This document shows positions 56,453 through 64,000 of a stretch of 64,000 nucleotides of DNA, piece by piece (the first letter of the stretch is position 1; each line of letters starts with the position of its first letter). The stretch spans positions 434,001 to 498,000 of the forward strand of contig SMSO01000007.1 of the NCBI GenBank assembly GCA_004764695.1, written 5' to 3'. The stretch comes from Schizochytrium sp. TIO01 (taxonomy: Eukaryota > Protista > Bigyra: Labyrinthulomycetes). The notes below the pieces were generated by a model. It did no database searches. It was not told the origin of the DNA and saw only the letters and a program-made list of their open reading frames with translations. Made by a program: the position numbers and the translations under genes.

Positions 56453-57459
56453 CTTTCCTTTCTCATTGTCACTGTTTATTGTCCTTTCGAGGTCCCCGGA
56501 ATTCCTGGAATTACTGGCGCTGCCGAACTCAGGCACAAAGGAAAAGCAATGACAGAGAGCAGTGAATCAATCGATTGACACAGAGAGCAGAACGACGACG
56601 GGCAACAAAACCCGCCGGCGGACGCGGACCCCTGCGCCTGGCACTAGGCTCCGCTCGCAGAGGGAGGCTGCCATGCGCTGCAACGGACGGCTCAGACAGA
56701 TCAGCCAACCATCGCTGTGCTCGAGGTCCCCTATTTCTCTCTGTTCTCTCATTCATCCATTCATTCATCCATTCATTCATTCATTCATTGATTTCCATAT
56801 TTATTTTGTTTCGTTTGTTTATTTTGTTTTATTTGTCTATTTTGTTTTATTTGTTTATTTTGTTTTATTTGTTTTCCGGCGAAGAAAAGAAGAGAAGGGA
56901 AGTGCCGCCAGTAGCAGCTGCCTAGCGCGCAGTAGGGCCCCTGCTTTCTTTCTTCGCCCCTTTGAGGTTGTTTGGAGAAAGAAGAGAATTCTCATCACCG
57001 TCACCAGTTTCTCTTCTCTTTCTTTCTGTTCCCTGAGTTTGGTACATCACAGCTGCGTGGTTCTGCGAGGCCTTGGGGCCTAAGGGGTGCTAGTGGTTCC
57101 TGGTAGGATGAGGTTCTCCGTCGAGCGGATCTTGGAATTGTGGCGCTCATCTTCGCCGTCGCCGTCGCCGCCATGATCGCAGCGAGAGAACTAACTGGCT
57201 GTCTGCTCGATTGAGCTGGCGACGGTCAGCGCGAAAGAAACCTCGAAGCTTCTGGCCCGAAAGACTGCTGCTTGTATTTTGGGGCGAGGTTAGGCTGTTT
57301 ATTTCTGGGTTCGCACGAACGTTGGTTCATGCGCTCGAGGATTCCGTAGCTTTCGAGGGGCACGCTTCTTGAGCGAGGAGTTCAAGTTGAACCTGGACTT
57401 CAAGTCGAAGCTAAGTAGAAGTTGGAGTCGAAGCTGGAGTCGAAGCTGAAGTTCAAGAT

Positions 57460-57556
57460 GAACTTGAACTTGAACTTGAACTTGAACTTGAACTTGAACT
57501 TGAACTTGAACGAACTCGAACTCGAACTCGAACCCGAACTTGAACTCGGACTCGAA
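57460..57556. repeat. (GAACTT)n grading into (GAACTC)n hexanucleotide repeat
   Basis: Directly visible. Confidence 0.9.
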
Positions 57557-59621
57557 TGGAGTAGAATCTTCAACCTCTTATGCGCTGCTTTATATCTTGA
57601 AGATCCCTCGACATAAGAACTTGGAGAGAAACGGGGGAACATTTCCGTCATCCGTCCAGATAAATGCATCATTGCAAACAAAGGTCGACGACAGAGCCGC
57701 AGGAGATTCTGTAATTCAAGCCGCCCAAGTTCGCCGACGGGTTAGCTGCTGAGGGCAGGCAGTCCTTGGGCTCTGGCCACCGTGACAGCGGCCGAGTGCA
57801 CGTGTCTTTGCCTCCAGGAAAGCCTAGGCGGGCGAGAACCTCGCGATGGTCCGCTCCGAGCTGCTCTGAGAGCTCTTTTTGTCATCAGTACGAAGTTGAT
57901 CAATTCGTTCGTTCGTTCATTCATTCATTCATTCCTTGGTTTATTGACTGGTTGATGGATGGACAGACTGCAATTAATTCTGCGATCAATGCCGTTCGGC
58001 GTCTTCTCTTCTCCTCTTCTTCTCGTGCCCGAATGCATCTCTTGGATTGCGGTTATCTGCGCCAAAACCCATTGTTGCGATCGCAGCGGTGTCCTGAAGA
58101 AGACAGTGCTGCGTTCGTGGCGTGGGTCTGGGCTCGAGTTCGAGCGAGTTCCTGCTCGCTGCCTGGAAAACTAACTCACAATCTATCCAGTTTCCAGGCC
58201 CCCTCCGGCACGTTATGGAACACGGTCGTGGCGTACATGGACGATGAGCTGACTGACTCTGACTGAGCACATAACCAACTCAGCATCACTCGCGAGCTCA
58301 CAACACAAACTTGCTGACCGGGCTGAGGAATCTTGCAGCCGAGTCAGAGCTGGCAGCATTCCTCTGCAAGACATGCCTTCGATGATGCCATCTTCGATGA
58401 TGTCATCTTCGAGTTGGTCGCCAACTCAGTTCGTCGTTTCCGTTCACTCGCTCTGTAAGAACTGGGCTCTGTAAGAACTGGAGCTTTGCCTTCAGGTACT
58501 AACTAACAAACCGTCTGCTGTGTTTTGCCACATGAGAAGAAGGGCTCTGAAAACGAGAAGACAGCGCAGACCCATTTTGCCACCTCGACCAGGGCCAGCA
58601 GTCGGTCGGTCAAAGTTTATTTATCACTCGCGCTGCGAGCAATCCGACTCCTGCGATGATGGCGGTGGCGATGACGCTGATGGCGATGGTGATGGTGGTT
58701 CTTGTTGTCCTTATTCTTGTCATGACTCATATTTATTTTTTATTATTAAATTTAATATTTTATAAATAATAAAATGTAAATCAAAGATTAACGAACATGA
58801 AGCGATTGATTAATCTTTCTTTCTTCAGTTTCCACCATTATCGCTGTGACTTTCTTTCTAAATAAAAGCAAAAACAACAAAAGGGAAGATGAAAGAAACA
58901 CTTCGCAATGGCATAAAACTGGAAATTACAATCCAGCCAGCCAGCGTGCGAAGATAGATAGATAGCTAGACAGAATCCTTGAGCGATATCTCCAGCTCAA
59001 AGATTCGAGCAGAAACCCGAACAAACAAGAGCTTAAACGCGAACCTGCACGCAGCAAGCAGAAATTACCTGAAGCTCTTCAGCCAGCGCAGCCTCCCTTT
59101 CGCGAATCTTGCGATCGCGCGGCGGGCGTCCGTTGCGTGCTGCTCGCTACCCTTCTAAGAGCACCCTAGTTCTGCAGAACCGACGCGGAACCCACCGCAC
59201 TGCTCTCTCAGGCGGTAGGACCTGGTTAAGCGGGGCTAGCGCTCAAGCCTCGCCGGCTTTTTCTGGTGGCGCAATACTGCGAAAGGTGAAGAATAAAGTA
59301 AACACAGAGAGAGAGAAAATAGTAATAATCAAGTTCAAAGAATGCTGGAAATGAGGAGGGCATCGAACAAGAACAATTATCCAATGGCGGTTCGACTGTT
59401 GAGGAAGACGGCCGCTTTCGCTGGAGGTTTGGTCGGTGAGCGGAGGGAGGGGTGTCTTCGAGGGTTTCCGAACGTTGGCGCCGGCGAGCGCAGGCTCCCT
59501 GCGTGTGACTTTGAAGGTGCAGAAAACCAATTGGACGCACCGCACGGGAGATTTTTTGGCTCCTTACTCTTCGTTTTGTCGTCTTTTTTTTCCTCTTCCT
59601 TTTCTTCTTATTCTTCTGAAT

Positions 59622-59652
<31 letters not shown>

Positions 59653-60962
59653 TCTGAAGCTTTTAGCATCATCTCATAGTTCGAAAGTTTTTAATATGAA
59701 AATCATTATATGTATGAAAAGATATGTATATATATGTATATACTTTTAAACAATATGAAAGATCTCAAGGGAGATAAAAGAGAAGAGAAACAATCATTCG
59801 TTTCGATAAATTACAATCAATGGAAACTTGGTGGTGTGTAGTACATACGTTCATAAGAGCCTCCGTACGAAGGAAAGGGAGAGGAAAGCAAGATTCTAAG
59901 TAAGGCTCTCAGGACCAAGCCTTCCAGGCCGATCTTGGCCAGCAAGCACGCTTTGGGAGCTCTTCTGCCAGGTTTCTTTCATCTTTTGACTCATCTTCGC
60001 TCTTTCGCCGCGTTGATCAGAAAGGTGCCCTGAACTGATTGAGTGCAGCTCAGTGACTTCTTCTTTCCTGAAAAATAAAATATAATAATTAATTTATTGT
60101 AATTATAAACATTGAATCATAATACGCATGCTACCTATATATATGTTGGTCTCTGCTCACGAGAATCGTTGTGATAAATGAGAATAGTCACTCAGTAGAA
60201 TCAATCATAGCTTTGGAATGGTTGTTTTTGCTTCTTCTGCAAATAGTATTACTGTTTTCTCTTTAGCTTTTTTTATTTTATTAAAAAAAACAATTGTTTG
60301 AAAAAAGAGGGAAATAAGTAAAGCTTTGAAAGAGATGTGAGGTACAGCTACGTGAAACAATAGGAAATGGACAATGCCTGTGAAGAAAGAAAAGTGAGAA
60401 CGAGCAGTTTTCGCTGGCTTCTTGCGGTATTCAAGGCGACTATGAAGAAACGAAGAACCATCGTGAATCACAATTGATGATTTAGGATTTGATTTGATTT
60501 GATTCGATTTGATTTGATTGATTAAGTTAGTGAGCGACCACTGATAAGGATGACCAATCGTGCACACGCGGAGCTAGCGGGTTTTGGGCATAAAAAACTG
60601 TCTGAGTTAATAAATAAGTACTTTGCACCAAATTACACATTCGGATTGTTGTACAATCGCGAGGAAACAAACAGCTTGTTTGATATAATCCCAATTGAAT
60701 CATTTAATTGATCACGTTGATTCACTGATTGACCCGTGGATTTGTGGAATAAATTCACGGCGCCTGGAGCACTAGAAAACCATCGAATGCGAGAGACAAT
60801 GCATGCAGGCTGAGGCCGACTTTGATCGAGCTCACGCACAGAAAAAAAGTTGTATCTTGAAAGCGCTGCGCAACTATCAATGTCTCAGCGAATCGACGCC
60901 GCGGCTTCCACACGCCAGCGAGGGCCAGCTGAACCGTGGGGCAGCACCTCTTCAGTTCGTAG

Positions 60963-60963
<1 letters not shown>

Positions 60964-60998
<35 letters not shown>

Positions 60999-61079
60999 CA
61001 GATCGTTTGCATTGCATTGCATTACATTACATTGCATTGAATTGCATTGCATTGCATTGCATTGCATTGCATTGCATTG
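60964..61079. repeat. Compound (ATTG)n and (ATTGC)n microsatellites
   Basis: Directly visible. Confidence 0.9.
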
Positions 61080-64000
61080 TATTCAGCCAGGGCGCACAAT
61101 AAGAGCGCGGGAGGTTCGCAGAGCTGCTTGGGCTTGAAGGAAGACTCTGACGCCGCTGCGCCTAAGCGAAGAATCGAAGGTAGGATGAAGTTGAGGCGAA
61201 GTTGAGGTCTCGTTACCAAGAATAAAGTTTCGTGACCATAAGGCAGACGGACATTACGATGGGGTGCCGCGCTTCGCTGTTATGTATGATGGCGCGAACG
61301 AAGGAGCGTACGCCGGGGGGTGAGGAGCGATCGATGCGGGATTTCGATGGGCGCTTCCTCCGCAGAGGTGGAGAAGAGCAGATCAAGCTCGCATTTCTCG
61401 TGGCAGCTACTGGCTGGACGATCTTGGTCCCGAAGTTTTGCAGGAAGCGACGGCGAACGTGAAGGCTCTGGCACCCTGAAGTGGTGCTGCGAACTTGCAC
61501 GCAACGCCTGCCGGTCTGGTCCACGCACGAGGGAGGTTAGGGCGTCGCTTGCGATGTGCTCGCCTGGATCTACCAGAGCTCCGAGCCTCAAGTGATCGGG
61601 GAGGATGTGGCAAACTGGTTTTCAGACAAGCTCGCTGGTTTGGGCTTAGGGAGCAGACGTGAGCGAGCGAGCCTGGGAAAGTCGGCCAACTTGAAGCGGT
61701 GGGTCGTGCAGGCCTCGCCAAGTTCTCGAAACAGCAGCGAAGAGTTTCCCGAGTCGAACTTGAGGTTTCGAAGAGCTGTCTGAAGCGCCGCTTGATTGCA
61801 CAGGAGGAGACAGCGCATGCATGCGTCAACCATGAGAGCTCAGCTGTCCACTGTCTTTCATGACATTGGATTCTGAGGTCTGTCGTGTGCCCACTTCTTC
61901 GCACTTTTTCTGCCAATTCTGGGAAAATCGCCAGCGCGTTCATTCGCTGTCTTCGCAGAGCGGCTCTGGGCTGATCAAGATGTTGGTTGACACGCTCGCG
62001 AGAAACGGCGTAGCTAGCTGTGAACTTTTGCTTTGGTGGTACTGGGCTCTTAACCTAAATTGAGGCCTCAATAGCACAATCTCGTCAGCGTTGAGCATCT
62101 CATGCATTCTCTTCGGTTCTCTTCGATTCTCTTCGCTTCCCTTCTTTTGGCTTTTATTTTATTTATAAATATAATTTTTTAAGATATACAATTTTAATGT
62201 AAAAGAAACAAAATAAAACTTTTACCAACAAACAAAAAATGGTACCGTAAACCTATAATACAGCATTTGTATCAATACTCATAGATGCCTTCTATTAGGT
62301 AGATAAGAATAATAGGAAATAAGTCATTCTTCTTCCTGAACTTTAAAAATAAAACAGAAATACAAATACAAATATTGATTTCGTCAGATTGAACAAAGTC
62401 AATTTGCCAAAAAGATAAAAAAATGTCGTGAATCAGCTGAGATGATCGTATCATCATGGTAGAAAAGCAAAGTAGCACGTCACGGTCTTCTTATCTAAAT
62501 TTGAGCAATTTCAATACGATAAATTTGTGACAAAGAAATACTCGAAGAGCGATAAAGAATTGGTTTCGGGGCTCCGCAGCAGACGAGGCTGCAGTCGCTT
62601 TGTTGTATAAATTTTACTTTAAATTTAAAATTTAATAAAAGCTAGTTGATACAGATATATTAGACATTAGACGATAAGTTTCGAGGGAAAGTAATTCAAT
62701 GTACAAGTTAGGAATACAATCAGCACGCCCTTTCGGCCCTATATTTCAAAGGTTGCATAGAGTGCCCCATGGAAACATATTAATTAAGGGCGATCGAGTG
62801 CAACAGTAACGTTGAATGGAGTTCACCCTCTGATCCTACAAAGGTTAGAGATATAGGGCAGTCTATTTATTCAAGGTATTCAATTTACACAGCCTAGGAT
62901 GGAGATCTGGATCAAATAGCAGAACTCAATCTCTGACGACGAGGACGAAACATGTTCTTTCACGAAGTTCCATCCAAGTTAAATGATAGAGAGGAGTAGC
63001 CTCTGGTGAACCTGTGTGCGCCCCTCTATCTGCGAATGCAGTCGTAAAAACGCGAACGAAAGGCAATAAATCAAAGTGAAGCGCTCTGTGTCCTTGTGGG
63101 GTGCTTCCTTCAATCGCTAAACCCTCACTTCAGTTTGTAAGCGATGCGATGCTTTCGAAACAGGGCTTGTACACTAACATCAATCATAACAAACTACTTG
63201 AATTAGCATCATGTTTGTAAATGGATTCCCACGGCGCTCTTGGGATTCAGTTTAAGGAATACCATGTGCTCCCTAAGTCAACATCAAAAGACCGATTCTT
63301 AAGAGAAACGAGGTTCTTGATCTTAGCCCTAGGGTTTTCAAGCTTTTGGGAATAGTCACGTTGTGAAACGAGGTATCAGAATGGCAATCAAGTCAGAATT
63401 GCCCTTTTAAACCCCCATAGTATTTTGAAAAGATCAAACATACTGTGACGAAGGTTTGGTAAAAGCAACTTTTCGTCAGAAGATGATTTTTATTTTTTTA
63501 AAGAAAAAAATTAAATTGATTCTGTGGTACATAATTAGTAGGTAGATAGGTAGGTATTAGCTCATTTATGCTTAGTTTATTTTATTTTTTTTTAATGGAA
63601 AATGGAAAAAGGAAAAAATTGCCTATACACGAATACATGGCGTAGCACGCGACAACTTGCACGCGCTGCTCCCGAGTCCACTGCAGCTTGTGGAGTTGGA
63701 GCCCTTAAGCTAACTTTCCAGCTCAACTCTTGAGAAAAAGTTGATGTGTCTGTACCTGATTTTTGCCATATATCTCACCCATCATTTATCAGAGGCCTGC
63801 GTGTCCATCTTGATTGGGGAGCTGTCGCGCGTGATTGTAACGCGAGTCCATTGACCAAAAGCTTGCAAATAGGCTAAGCGTGAAGCTGCTAATCAAGGCT
63901 AGATATGACGTTCGGGACATTTTGGCAGGCGAGACGAAGTACTTGACCCTCTCCGGCACGCTCCCAAGCTGGTGAGTCCATCATTCTTTTAGAATAGTAC

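Overview
Eukaryotic nuclear DNA: GT-AG introns, intron-poor genes and abundant (GAAA)n/(ATTGC)n microsatellites. It is most consistent with a thraustochytrid/labyrinthulomycete stramenopile, but that is an inference. The main discovery is hidden from the ORF track: a 13-exon LRR-Roc-COR-TIR (Roco) gene on the minus strand (3330-9102, about 1162 aa). Its ligand-binding LRR region is built from 11 tandem, exactly 84-nt, phase-2 cassette exons (one 28-aa repeat each). The introns between them are mutually homologous, and one block has been recently duplicated or converted. This looks like an exon-shuffling, diversifiable immune-receptor locus with a TIR effector. Next come a fibro-slime(PA14)/L-lectin membrane protein and a 2144-aa single-pass receptor that fuses a TKL/Raf-like kinase to a MAP2K-like kinase. 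The middle of the window holds UROS, a Nudix CoA pyrophosphatase, a TM-ankyrin protein, a family III CoA-transferase and a MICU1-like gene. The intervals 22.7-36.4 kb and 54.5-64 kb are gene-poor and rich in microsatellites. No rRNA, tRNA, CRISPR array or intact mobile element was recognised.
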